Shown: positions 48,296 to 57,318 of the stretch, one piece after another
Position numbering within the stretch: position 1 is the stretch's first letter
How the letters are laid out: the number at the start of each line of letters is the position of its first letter
DNA from: a virus
IMG/VR virus record: IMGVR_UViG_3300025154_000061
Span: 1-64,000 of that record
Reading direction: 5' to 3' (one strand)
Length of the DNA: 64,000 nucleotides
The notes under the pieces: model-generated
What the model was told of the DNA's origin: nothing
The model's input: the letters and a program-made list of their open reading frames with translations, nothing else
The model's database searches: none
Program-made: the position numbers and the translations under genes

Positions 48296-49523
48296 TCTTC
48301 ACGTCGTCGACGGTGAACTCGACACGCAAGGCCCCGTGCTCGACGAGATCGCCGCAGGGGTCGAAGAGGCCCGGCCCGATCTCGTGCTCGTCGTGGGCGA
48401 TCTGTCGGGACACCGCGTCCCGCACAAGGCGACGCCCCGCGAGCGAAACGCGCTCGTCGGCTTCTTCGCGAAGCTGGCGCAGTGTGCGCCCGTCGTGATC
48501 GTGCGGGGGAATCACGACTACCCGCGCGATTGGGAGTTCCTGAACGCGATCGGCGGGCATTCGTTCTACTCGATCGGGTTCGTCGACGAGCCTTCGACGC
48601 TGACCGCTGGCAAGGCGGGGGCGCTCGCGCTCGTCGCGTGCTTCCCGTGGGTCGACCGTTCCCGGTTCGGTCCCGACGTCGACTACGGCGAGGCCGTGCG
48701 CACGCTCTACGACGCCGTCGTCGACGAGGCGCGCTCGACGATCGCCACGCTGCCCGACGACGAGTTGCCGAACGCCGTGGTCGCCCTCGGTCACTGCGCG
48801 ATCGCCGGGGGCATGATCGGGATCTTCGGTCAACCGTCGGTCCCGACCGCCGATCCCGTGGTCGCGATCGACGACGTCTGCCCGAGCGACGTCTTCGACG
48901 CGGGGTTCTTCGGGCACTACCACGCGCCGCAGGAACTACCCCGAGAGGGCGAGAGCGGGGGCGCCGCGTGCCGCTACGTGGGAAGCGCTTTCGTGTCGCA
49001 GCACGGCGAAGCGACCGCGAAGTCGTGGGGCGTGGTCGATATCTCGGGCGAGGGCAAGGCCCGAGCGCGAGAGATCCCGATCCCGCAGGCCCCGCGCGTG
49101 CTCTTGCGCGTCGACGGCGTCGCCCGTCGCATCGTCGAGATCGTGCCCGCCGCCCTTGTCGGGCTCTCGGCCGGGACGTTGATCGACGAGTGCAAGCCGA
49201 TCGCCTTACCTCGGGGCGCGCCGAGCGCGAGCGTGAAGGTGCGGATCGAGGGGGCGATCTCGATCACCGAGGCGGCCCGCGCGTTCGATGAGATCGCCGC
49301 GTTGGTCGCCCCGGCTGCGCACTCGATCAAGCGCGAGTTCGCGATCGAGCGCGTCGCCCGTGCTCGCGAGGGCGCCGACGAGATCGCCAAGGCGACGACG
49401 ACGGCCGACAAGCTCGCGCGCTACCTCGACACGATCAACCCCGCGCCGAGAGGCGTGATCCGCAAGCGGGCGATCGCGTTGCTGGCCGAAATCGAAGCGA
49501 CGCTCGACGCCCCGATCGCGTAG
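48273..49523 (+). CDS. sbcD: SbcD/Mre11-like nuclease
   Basis: GDLH, GDL, GNHD, GHYH metallophosphoesterase motifs. Confidence 0.9.
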   Translation: MRLATIGDLHVVDGELDTQGPVLDEIAAGVEEARPDLVLVVGDLSGHRVPHKATPRERNALVGFFAKLAQCAPVVIVRGNHDYPRDWEFLNAIGGHSFYSIGFVDEPSTLTAGKAGALALVACFPWVDRSRFGPDVDYGEAVRTLYDAVVDEARSTIATLPDDELPNAVVALGHCAIAGGMIGIFGQPSVPTADPVVAIDDVCPSDVFDAGFFGHYHAPQELPREGESGGAACRYVGSAFVSQHGEATAKSWGVVDISGEGKARAREIPIPQAPRVLLRVDGVARRIVEIVPAALVGLSAGTLIDECKPIALPRGAPSASVKVRIEGAISITEAARAFDEIAALVAPAAHSIKREFAIERVARAREGADEIAKATTTADKLARYLDTINPAPRGVIRKRAIALLAEIEATLDAPIA

Positions 49524-49524
49524 T
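49497..49524 (+). promoter_or_regulatory. GCGACG-N16-CGTAGT motif
   Basis: Recurring motif upstream of ATG 49557. Confidence 0.6.
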
Positions 49525-49556
49525 TCGGGCGAGGCGCGCACACCACGGGGGCGATC

Positions 49557-49895
49557 ATGACGACCGACGGCAAGCTCGACGTCACCAAGTCGACGAAGAA
49601 GCGGGGCGATCTCGCCCCGGGCGCAGCGAGTGAGGCCGTGCCGGTCCCCTCGGGGCTGGCGCCTTCGGCGCACGAGCCCGAACATAGGTTCGCGCGGATC
49701 CGCGTGAACAAGGGGGCGACGATCAACATTGGCCGAATGGAGTTCCTTCGCTGCGACGTCGCGGTCGAACTCCCGTGCAAGCCCGATCTCGCCTCGCTCG
49801 ACCGGGCGATCGATATCGCCGATACGATCGCGAACGACCGCCTCGTCGCTGAGATCGAGAACGCCCGCAAGCAGTCGGGCGGGGGCGACAAGTGA
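49557..49895 (+). CDS. hypothetical phage protein
   Basis: RBS; GATINIGRMEFLRCDV motif. Confidence 0.65.
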   Translation: MTTDGKLDVTKSTKKRGDLAPGAASEAVPVPSGLAPSAHEPEHRFARIRVNKGATINIGRMEFLRCDVAVELPCKPDLASLDRAIDIADTIANDRLVAEIENARKQSGGGDK

Positions 49896-51718
49896 AGACC
49901 TACCCCTCGCTCTTGCGCGCCGCGAAGATCGAAATGCACGGGGCCTTTCAGCCCCGCAAGATCGACGGGCTCTTCTCGGCCGACGACGTCGAGAAGATGC
50001 GCCAAGGCGGCCGCGACGCGGGCCGCCCCTCGGGGTGGGATCCCGCGCGCTACGAGCCGATCAAGGTGTGGAACCCCGACAGCAACGACGCGACCTGCCC
50101 GGCCGCGCTGCGCGATCGCTTCGCCGAGTGGTTCGTGATCAAGGGCTTTCACCGCCTCGCGCTGGCGAGGGCGTGCGGGATCGAGTCGCTCGACGTGATC
50201 GTCTGCGCGGGCTCGTTCGACGAGGCGGTCGCCGCGAGCAAGCGCTCGAACTTCGAGACGCGCGCGCTTCACCCGATCGACGAAGCCGCCGTCTATCGCG
50301 ATCGCCTTGAAGCGGGCGACACGCCCGAGCAGATCTCGCGCGACCTCGACCGCCGCGCGCCCGCCTACTACCGCAAGCGGGCCGCCGTCGCCTACCTGTC
50401 GCCCTCGTTGATCGCCGACGTGCGCTCGGGGCTTCTGCGCCTCGACTACGCCGAGCACGTCGGCCGCGCCGCGCAAGTCGGGGCGAGCCCGGCCGCGCAG
50501 GTCGCGATCGCCTCGGTCGCTGCCCGAACTTCCATGCGCGCCGAGCTTTTCGGGCGTTACGTCGACAAGGTGATCGCCGCAATTGCCGCCGCGAAACCGG
50601 GCGAAGACGTGGTCGACGTCGCCGCCCGCGAGGGGAAGACGCTTGATCTCTTCCCGCCGACGTTCGACGCGGGGGTCGCTGCCGTCGAGTCGATCACGAT
50701 CGGCGAGGCTCGACGCGAGAGCGTGCGCGACGGGTGGGCGTCGATCGGGCACGCCGCCCGAGCGCAGTTGAAGCGCCTCGAAACCGAGGGGGTTCCGCCC
50801 CCGCCCGCCCTTGGAAGGTTGATCGCCATGATCGATAAGCAGCGCGCAGGGGAAGACAGGGCGGTCGCCGCGAGCGTCGGGGCAACCGACACGCGCGAAG
50901 CGCTGCCGTTGATCAAGTGGGTCGGGTCGAAGCGCACCGAGGCCCCGACGCTCGCCGCGATCATTCGCGCACGCCTGCGGCCCGGCGCCGAATACTTCGA
51001 GCCCTTCTTCGGATCGGGCTCGGTCTTCTTCGCCGTCGCCCCCGAAACCGCCGTGATCGGCGACGTGCTCGAACCCGTGGTAAACCTTTACAAGTCGACC
51101 CGAGACGACCCCCGCGCGGTCTTCGCCGCCATGCGGGCGATCGTCGAGAAGGGGCTCGACAAGGCGTCGTTCCTCGCCGCCCGTGACGCCGACCCGCCCG
51201 CCGATCGCTTCGAGCGCGCGGGGTGGTTTCTCTACCTGAACCGCACGGGGTTCAACGGGCTGTGGCGCACGAACAAGTCGGGCAAGCTGAACGCCCCCTT
51301 CGGCACGCCGAAGACCGTCGCCGCCTTCCCGACGCTCGATCGCTTCGAGCGCTGCGCCGAGATTCTCTCGGGCGCCGTGCTCTACTGCGGCGACTACTCG
51401 AAGGGCGTCGCCCGCGCCAAGGCTGGCGACGTGGTCTTCGCCGACCCGCCCTACCCCGGCACGTTCAGCGACTACGCCAAGCGCACGGGGCCGATCGACT
51501 ACGCCAAGCTCGCCGCCGACCTGCGCGCCGCGCACGATCGGGGGGCGCACGTCGTGACGACCCTCGCCGCGAGCGAAGACCTCGACGCGCTCTTCTCGCC
51601 TTGGTGCTACCGCGTCGACCTTTCGCGCACCTCGAACGTCTCTTGCAAGGCGTCGACGAGGGGCGAGTTCAAGCAGGTCGTTTGGTGCTCGCACGAGCGA
51701 GAGGGGGCCGCCGAATGA
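49892..51718 (+). CDS. ParB-like domain fused to Dam-family DNA adenine methyltransferase
   Basis: N-terminal FQPR, PIKVW, IKGFHRL; C-terminal IKWVGSK, EPFFGSGSV, LNRTGFNGL, DPPY. Confidence 0.85.
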   Translation: MKTYPSLLRAAKIEMHGAFQPRKIDGLFSADDVEKMRQGGRDAGRPSGWDPARYEPIKVWNPDSNDATCPAALRDRFAEWFVIKGFHRLALARACGIESLDVIVCAGSFDEAVAASKRSNFETRALHPIDEAAVYRDRLEAGDTPEQISRDLDRRAPAYYRKRAAVAYLSPSLIADVRSGLLRLDYAEHVGRAAQVGASPAAQVAIASVAARTSMRAELFGRYVDKVIAAIAAAKPGEDVVDVAAREGKTLDLFPPTFDAGVAAVESITIGEARRESVRDGWASIGHAARAQLKRLETEGVPPPPALGRLIAMIDKQRAGEDRAVAASVGATDTREALPLIKWVGSKRTEAPTLAAIIRARLRPGAEYFEPFFGSGSVFFAVAPETAVIGDVLEPVVNLYKSTRDDPRAVFAAMRAIVEKGLDKASFLAARDADPPADRFERAGWFLYLNRTGFNGLWRTNKSGKLNAPFGTPKTVAAFPTLDRFERCAEILSGAVLYCGDYSKGVARAKAGDVVFADPPYPGTFSDYAKRTGPIDYAKLAADLRAAHDRGAHVVTTLAASEDLDALFSPWCYRVDLSRTSNVSCKASTRGEFKQVVWCSHEREGAAE

Positions 51719-54615
51719 AGATCGAACGCGTGCGCCTCGACGGGATCACCCGCTACCGCAGGCCGATCGAACTCGCGCTTCCCGAGGGGGTCGTCGCGAT
51801 CGTCGGGCCGAACGGGTGCCTACAGGGCGACGTAGAGATTTACGATCCAACGGACGGATCGTCCGTCGCCGTTCGCGATCGTTACAATCGGGGCGTGCCG
51901 TTTCACGTATGGGCGTTAGGGCCGCATGGGGTCGTAACGACGGCCGCAATGCCCCCTTGCAAGTATCCGCCCGCTCAAATGCTGCGATTGCGGTTCGCGG
52001 ACGGGAAGTCGATTACGGTGACTCCGGCGCACAAGTTTTGGAGCGGCGCCGAGTGGTTGACAGCTTCCGCCATTTTTCAAGCCCTGCGAGAGAACGGGCG
52101 CGTCCGGCTGCCGTCCAGTTCGGCCGCTTACCTGTCAACTCATGCCGAAGATGATCTGCGTTGGTGCGAAATAATTCCAGATTCTCCGGGCGGTTGTCGG
52201 CGTGTTCCCCGTTGCGATGATGCACGACTTCTTCCGGCAGAAGTCGGCGCCCGAGAATCCGTTCCATTACGAGGCGATGCTCCCGAACTAGCCCTTTGCG
52301 ATCTGCGTCGGGGTGATACGGAAGCCGTAGAAGAATGTAGCCGTCGGCGTCAATCACCCGACCGCCGCGCCACGACCCATTGCGAGCGCCCGGCGCTCCC
52401 CGGTCACGAATCGCTCCTCCGACGTTGCGGATTGCCTTCGCGATCCGGCTTTGATTCGAGTGCATTGACCGGGCGATCTCCGCGAGACTCGCCCCGCTCT
52501 CGTAGCGTGCAAGAGCTTCGCGCCTCCGCTCATCCGTCCAATTCTGACGCATCGACGCCCCCCGGGGTTATGGTTCCTTTCGAAACATACCCCGCGATTG
52601 ACCCGTCGACAATCGAAATTGTCGCGGTTGGCGAGCTACCGTGCGAGCCTTACTACGACTTCCACGTCCCGGTTCACCTAAACTATTGGGCCGCCGGGGT
52701 CTGGAATCACAACTCCGGCAAGACGACGCTTCTCGAATGCCTCGGCCCGGCCGTCTTCTTCCGCGAGTTGCCGACCCGCGAGCCCTCGGGAATCCAGAAT
52801 TGGATCGGGCCGAAGGGCGGCCGGATCGAACTCGACTTCGTGCGGGGCTCGCGCCGCTACGAAGCGATCGTCGAGATCGACGGGTCGGGCAGGCAAGCCG
52901 CGTTCCTGACGTGCGACGGGGTCAAGCTCGCGTCGGGCAAGGTGCGCGACTACGACGTCGAGATCGCGAAGGTGGTCGGCAACCGCGACGCCTTCTACGC
53001 CTCGGTCTTCGGGATGCAGGGCGGGGGCGGGCGCTTCGAGTCGCTCGAAGTCACCGACCGCAAGGCGATCTTTCGCTACTACCTCGGGCTCGACCGGGTC
53101 GACAAGGCGCACCGCGCCGCCCGCGCCCGCCTCGAAGCGCTCGACGTCTCGAAGATCGCCACGCTGCGCGCCGATCTCGAAGCCTGCGAGACGGCGATCG
53201 CCGAGGCCGAGGCCGACGTCAAGGCTGCGGTCTTCGCGGCCGACGCCGAGCGCGAGGTAAGTCGCAAGGCGCGCGCCAAGCTCGACGACCTGCTCGCGCT
53301 CTCGTCGACGGCCGAACTCGTCGACGCCTACGACACCGCTCTCGACGCGGCGGGCGAGGCGCAAGACGCGCTCACCGCCCTACCTGCCCGCCCGGCCGCC
53401 GCGCCTGCGCCGACGGGCGACAAGGGCGCCGCTACGATCGCCTTAGAGGCCGCGAGGAAGAAGAACGAGGGCTACCTCGTCAAGAGCGCCGAGATCGCCC
53501 GCGTCGGCTCTTCGCTGGCGACGGCGAACGCCGACCTCGTGCGGGCGAACAAGGCGACCGAGCGTCTCGCGCGCGTGCCGTGCAAGGGCGAGGGCGCCTT
53601 CGCCGGGTGCGAGTTGCTGCGCGACGCGATCGCCGCGCGCGAATCGATCGCTGCGCTGCGCGACGTGTGCGCCAAGGCCGAGCAGGCGCACGAGACGTTG
53701 AAGGTCGAGGTCGCCGCGCTCGTCGTGCCCCGCGAGAAGCTCGACGCACTGCGCGCCAAGGTCGCCGAGGCCGAGCGGGAACTTGAAGCGCACCGCCTCG
53801 GGGCCGAGCGCTGCCGCGCCTACGACGAGAAGCGCGATCGACTGAACCGTGCGCTCGCTGACGCGAAGAGGCAGGCCGCCGCGCTGCGTGCCCGGCTGCC
53901 GAAGGTGATCGACGACGTGCCGTCGCTGGCGCAGATCGACGCCGCTCGCGAGGCGAGCGCCGCCGCGAGTGCCGCCTACGAGAAGGCGATCCGCGAGCAC
54001 GAGGCGGGCGTCGCTGCGTTCGGCGGCGCCCTCGATCGCAAGGCCGGGATCGAGAAGGCCCTCGCCGCCGAGGAAGCTCGCGCCGCCGACGCGCCCGCGC
54101 TCGAACTGCTCGCCCGCGCTCTCGGGGCGAACGGGATCCAAGCCTACGAGATCGACGCCGCAGGCCCCCGCGTCTCGGCCCTCGCGAACTCGCTCTTGCA
54201 TGCCTGCTACGGGCCGCGCTTCGACGTCGAGGTGCGCACGACGAAGGCGTTGAAGAGTGGCAAGGGCGAGAAGGAAGACTTCGACGTCGTCGTCTACGAC
54301 AACGACAGCGGGATCGAGAACACGATCGCCGGGCTGTCGGGGGGCGAGAAGGTGATCGTCGACGAGGCGCTTCGGCTGTCGCTCGTGATCTTCGCCGACG
54401 AGCGCCTCTCGGTTCCGTTCCGGGTGCTCTACCGCGACGAGACGATCGGCGGGCTCACCCGGGACAACCGCGCCGCCTATGCGCGAATGCTTCACCGCGC
54501 CCGCGATCTCGGCGACTTCGGGCAGATCTTCCAAGTGACCCACGACGAAGAGTCGAGCGAGAGCGCCGATGTCGTGATCGCGATCGACGAGTCGGGCAAT
54601 GTCTCGGTCGCATGA
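51715..54615 (+). CDS. sbcC: SbcC/Rad50 ATPase containing an intein
   Basis: GPNG|intein|SGKTT, coiled coils, LSGGEK, YRDE, VTH. Confidence 0.92.
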   Translation: MKIERVRLDGITRYRRPIELALPEGVVAIVGPNGCLQGDVEIYDPTDGSSVAVRDRYNRGVPFHVWALGPHGVVTTAAMPPCKYPPAQMLRLRFADGKSITVTPAHKFWSGAEWLTASAIFQALRENGRVRLPSSSAAYLSTHAEDDLRWCEIIPDSPGGCRRVPRCDDARLLPAEVGARESVPLRGDAPELALCDLRRGDTEAVEECSRRRQSPDRRATTHCERPALPGHESLLRRCGLPSRSGFDSSALTGRSPRDSPRSRSVQELRASAHPSNSDASTPPGVMVPFETYPAIDPSTIEIVAVGELPCEPYYDFHVPVHLNYWAAGVWNHNSGKTTLLECLGPAVFFRELPTREPSGIQNWIGPKGGRIELDFVRGSRRYEAIVEIDGSGRQAAFLTCDGVKLASGKVRDYDVEIAKVVGNRDAFYASVFGMQGGGGRFESLEVTDRKAIFRYYLGLDRVDKAHRAARARLEALDVSKIATLRADLEACETAIAEAEADVKAAVFAADAEREVSRKARAKLDDLLALSSTAELVDAYDTALDAAGEAQDALTALPARPAAAPAPTGDKGAATIALEAARKKNEGYLVKSAEIARVGSSLATANADLVRANKATERLARVPCKGEGAFAGCELLRDAIAARESIAALRDVCAKAEQAHETLKVEVAALVVPREKLDALRAKVAEAERELEAHRLGAERCRAYDEKRDRLNRALADAKRQAAALRARLPKVIDDVPSLAQIDAAREASAAASAAYEKAIREHEAGVAAFGGALDRKAGIEKALAAEEARAADAPALELLARALGANGIQAYEIDAAGPRVSALANSLLHACYGPRFDVEVRTTKALKSGKGEKEDFDVVVYDNDSGIENTIAGLSGGEKVIVDEALRLSLVIFADERLSVPFRVLYRDETIGGLTRDNRAAYARMLHRARDLGDFGQIFQVTHDEESSESADVVIAIDESGNVSVA
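52013..52552 (-). CDS. nested antisense HTH + HNH endonuclease inside the SbcC intein
   Basis: YESGASLAEIAR (HTH), NGSWRGGR..DGY, EHRLVME..LGR.L...EVVHHRNG..DNRPENLEL; GGGGGG RBS 5 nt before ATG. Confidence 0.9.
   Translation of the reverse strand: MRQNWTDERRREALARYESGASLAEIARSMHSNQSRIAKAIRNVGGAIRDRGAPGARNGSWRGGRVIDADGYILLRLPYHPDADRKGLVREHRLVMERILGRRLLPEEVVHHRNGEHADNRPENLELFRTNADHLRHELTGKRPNWTAAGRARSLAGLEKWRKLSTTRRRSKTCAPESP
52584..52612 (-). promoter_or_regulatory. intein-internal antisense promoter TTGTCG-N17-TATGTT
   Basis: -35 at 52612-52607, -10 at 52589-52584, about 30 nt upstream of HNH ATG 52552. Confidence 0.65.
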
Positions 54616-55618
54616 CCTCGCCGCCGCCAACGCCGAGAGCGCGAGGCGCTACGATTGGACGCCTCGCGACTTCGGCGCGCTCGACTTCGACGACGTGCTC
54701 GCCGAGAAGGTGCGCGCGTTTCAGCGCGATCGCCTGCTCGACGAGACGGGCTTCGTCGACGCCCGCACGTTCAAGGCGTTCCTGCAATGGCAGGTCGCCT
54801 ACGACGACGGCTCGAAGGATCGCGAGCGCGAGGCGAACCCGCCGCCCGTCGCCGACGTCAGCGTCTATCCCGACAACGATCCGCGAGTGCTCGCGACGCG
54901 CGTCTTCCGCGCGTCGAACTGCGTCGTCTCGGCTCTCGATCCCGCGATCTGCGACGTGCTGACGGGCTGCGGAAAGAGGGCGAACGTGATCACCTCGCCC
55001 CGTGCGTGGGAAGGGGCCGCCCGCGCGTTCGAGGGCGCGCCCCTCGTCGACGTAGGGGCCGCGCTCTCGACCCGCATCCTAGACGAAGGTCGAGCGTCAG
55101 GCGCCAAGGGTTGCGCGTTCGCCGTCTTCGCCCTCTCGTCGGCCGACTTCGACACGAACGAGCGCGCGCCGACGTGGGCGGGCGACACCGTCGCGCGAAT
55201 CAAGGCGCTCGTCGGCGACGTGCCCGTCGGCGTGCTCACTGCGATCTGCGTGCGTGACGCCCGCCGCGTTGAACGTCGCCGCGCGTGGGCTCGGCTCGCC
55301 GCGTTCGACGCCGCGCTGCCCCTCGTGCCCGGCCCCTATACCGGGGTCGAGACTGCGACGGGGCTCGCCTCGTTCGAGTGGGCGATCTATGGGCAGATCC
55401 GCGCGCCGTTTCAATTCCCCGTCTACGCTGGCCCCGCGAACGCCCCGATCGAGCAGCAAGAGCAAGAGCTTTTCCGTCTGCGCGATTGGCTTGCCCGGTG
55501 GGGGTTTCGGGGTTACGGTGCCCGGGTGTCGAGCGATAGGCTAGTCAAAGCCCTTGTCGGGGACGTCCCCCGCGAGGTGGTTCGGATCGACGTGCGCCGT
55601 GAAGGCGCCCAAGACTGA
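54599..55618 (+). CDS. protein with PG-binding-like N-terminus and unknown C-terminal domain
   Basis: KVRAFQRDRLLDETGFVDARTF resembles PG-binding_1. Confidence 0.55.
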   Translation: MSRSHDLAAANAESARRYDWTPRDFGALDFDDVLAEKVRAFQRDRLLDETGFVDARTFKAFLQWQVAYDDGSKDREREANPPPVADVSVYPDNDPRVLATRVFRASNCVVSALDPAICDVLTGCGKRANVITSPRAWEGAARAFEGAPLVDVGAALSTRILDEGRASGAKGCAFAVFALSSADFDTNERAPTWAGDTVARIKALVGDVPVGVLTAICVRDARRVERRRAWARLAAFDAALPLVPGPYTGVETATGLASFEWAIYGQIRAPFQFPVYAGPANAPIEQQEQELFRLRDWLARWGFRGYGARVSSDRLVKALVGDVPREVVRIDVRREGAQD

Positions 55619-55628
55619 GGGGGATCCC

Positions 55629-56120
55629 ATGTTGGTATTCATGCAGCCCAACGTGATCGACGCGATCAAGTCGTGCGTCGGGAAGGTGGTCGTGATCGAG
55701 ACGGCCGAGGGTGTGACGCGCCGGGGCAAGCTGACGCAGATCCGCACGCGGGCGATCAACGTCGGGGTGCGCACGGGCGAGCCCCGCGAGTTCGTGCCCG
55801 GCATTCGCGCGACTCGCTCGCGCGACTTCAACTTCCCGATCGAGTTCATCCTCGACGGCGACGCGGCCGATCCGATCCCGTTCGCGACCTGCTCGCGCTT
55901 CGACGTCGACGGGGTCGCCGAGAAGATCGACGTCGTCGCCGAACTCGCCGAGATCGAGAAGGCCGAGAAGAAGGGCGCCGAGCCCGCGAAGAAGCCCGCG
56001 CCCGAGGCGCCCGCCAAGGCCGAGCCCAAGACGTCGGCCGTCGACGACGCCTTCCCCGATCCACCCCCGGCCGAGGGCAAGAAGGGCGTGGGCGCGACGC
56101 CCAAGGCGCCCAAGGCGTAG
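55629..56120 (+). CDS. hypothetical protein
   Basis: RBS GAGGGGG; K/A/P-rich tail. Confidence 0.65.
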   Translation: MLVFMQPNVIDAIKSCVGKVVVIETAEGVTRRGKLTQIRTRAINVGVRTGEPREFVPGIRATRSRDFNFPIEFILDGDAADPIPFATCSRFDVDGVAEKIDVVAELAEIEKAEKKGAEPAKKPAPEAPAKAEPKTSAVDDAFPDPPPAEGKKGVGATPKAPKA

Positions 56121-56121
56121 A
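56094..56121 (+). promoter_or_regulatory. GCGACG-N16-CGTAGA motif
   Basis: Recurring motif upstream of the HTH regulator. Confidence 0.7.
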
Positions 56122-56158
56122 AGGGGCGAACGCACCAACGCAACGACAGGGGGCGAAC

Positions 56159-56704
56159 GTGGGCGAAGAGCAGAGGGCAACGCAGGCGGCGGGGCGCAAG
56201 CTCGTGATCGCGGATCTCGGGCTCGTGAACCGGGCGATCTCGGCCGCCTTCAAGGCGGGCAGCGACTACAAGCTGCTCGAAGTGGGCGCGCGCTTGCAGG
56301 AAGACAAGCGGCTTCCGCCGAAAGACGTGCTCTTGCAGCGCGCCATGAACCAAGCGGGGATCCCGAACGGGCTGCCCGTCTTCGACGTGGCGTCGGGGGC
56401 CGACCCCGCGACGGTGGCGCTGCGCGTCAAGCACGAGGTCGCCGAGGGCGAGGGGCGCCCGACGCCCACGATCGGCGACTACCTGCGCCGGGCTCGCGCC
56501 GGGCGGCCGCAGGGCGAGATCGCCAAGGCGGCCGGGATCTCGGTCGAGACGCTCGCGCGCTACGAGAGCGACGGCGTCGCGCAGAAGGGCGAGATCCTGG
56601 CCAAGATCGGCGACGCCCTCGGGGTGCCGAAGGCGCACGCCGCCCTTTGGATCAAGCTCGCCGACGCGACCAAGGGCGCCAAGACCCCCGCTGCCGCCGC
56701 CTGA
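56159..56704 (+). CDS. XRE-family HTH transcriptional regulator
   Basis: IGDYLRRAR..QGEIAKAAGISVETLARYES....LAKIGDALGV. Confidence 0.8.
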   Translation: MGEEQRATQAAGRKLVIADLGLVNRAISAAFKAGSDYKLLEVGARLQEDKRLPPKDVLLQRAMNQAGIPNGLPVFDVASGADPATVALRVKHEVAEGEGRPTPTIGDYLRRARAGRPQGEIAKAAGISVETLARYESDGVAQKGEILAKIGDALGVPKAHAALWIKLADATKGAKTPAAAA

Positions 56705-56709
56705 CCCGT

Positions 56710-56748
56710 CCCCGGGGCTGCCTGCGTTGGGGCGGGCGCTCCGGGGGC
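56710..56748 (+). terminator. GC-rich hairpin after the regulator
   Basis: CCCCGGGGC/GCTCCGGGG and GCCTGC/GCGGGC pairing; weak U tract. Confidence 0.4.
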
Positions 56749-56779
56749 TTGGGTCTTCGCCTCGTCGAAAGGCCCGCCT

Positions 56780-57256
56780 ATGACTTCGATTGTCGTTTCA
56801 ATCCTCGCCGCCCTCGCGCTGCAACCGACGAGCAAGATCTCGAAGCCCGAGGCCGTCGCCTTCGCGATCGTGGCGCACGTCTGCGCCTGCCTTCATGACG
56901 TGCCGCCCGTCGAAGCGATCGCGAACGCCTACGTCGAGAGCCGCTTCGACAACGCCGCCGAGGCCGGGCACGGTCGGGGGCGCTTCCAAGTTCTCTGCGG
57001 CCCGGGTCGGCGTTGGTGCTCGCCGTTGGTTTGGGCGTTCAAGCTCGACGTGCGCGGCCCGATCCTGAACGCCTACGAAGGGGCGCGTCGCATGGGCGCG
57101 TTCTTGCACGACTGGCGCCCGGCCGTGCGCGCCCGCTACCTTTGCCACTACAACGCGGGCTCGCGCTGCGACGCCGACGGGCGCCGCCACGAAAGGCGCG
57201 TGAAGGCCGTTCTCGCGAGGCTCGCCGATCGCCTGCCCGATTCCCGCGCCTTCTGA
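56780..57256 (+). CDS. lytic transglycosylase (SLT)-like protein with signal peptide
   Basis: AYVESRF, GRFQV, HYNAG motifs; hydrophobic N-terminus. Confidence 0.65.
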   Translation: MTSIVVSILAALALQPTSKISKPEAVAFAIVAHVCACLHDVPPVEAIANAYVESRFDNAAEAGHGRGRFQVLCGPGRRWCSPLVWAFKLDVRGPILNAYEGARRMGAFLHDWRPAVRARYLCHYNAGSRCDADGRRHERRVKAVLARLADRLPDSRAF

Positions 57257-57263
57257 CCTGCGA

Positions 57264-57291
57264 GCGACGCACGGGCACGCCGACGCGTAGA
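57264..57291 (+). promoter_or_regulatory. GCGACG-N16-CGTAGA motif
   Basis: Intergenic recurring motif upstream of ATG 57319. Confidence 0.7.
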
Positions 57292-57318
57292 ACCGGGCGA
57301 ACAAGCAAGGGGTCGAGA

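Larger units (their letters stand above)
51817..52713 (+). mobile_element. intein (299 aa) in the SbcC Walker A motif
   Basis: Block A CLQGDVEI, block B TVTPAHKF, block F PYYDFHV, block G WNHN followed by Ser; excision restores GPNGSGKTT. Confidence 0.92.
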
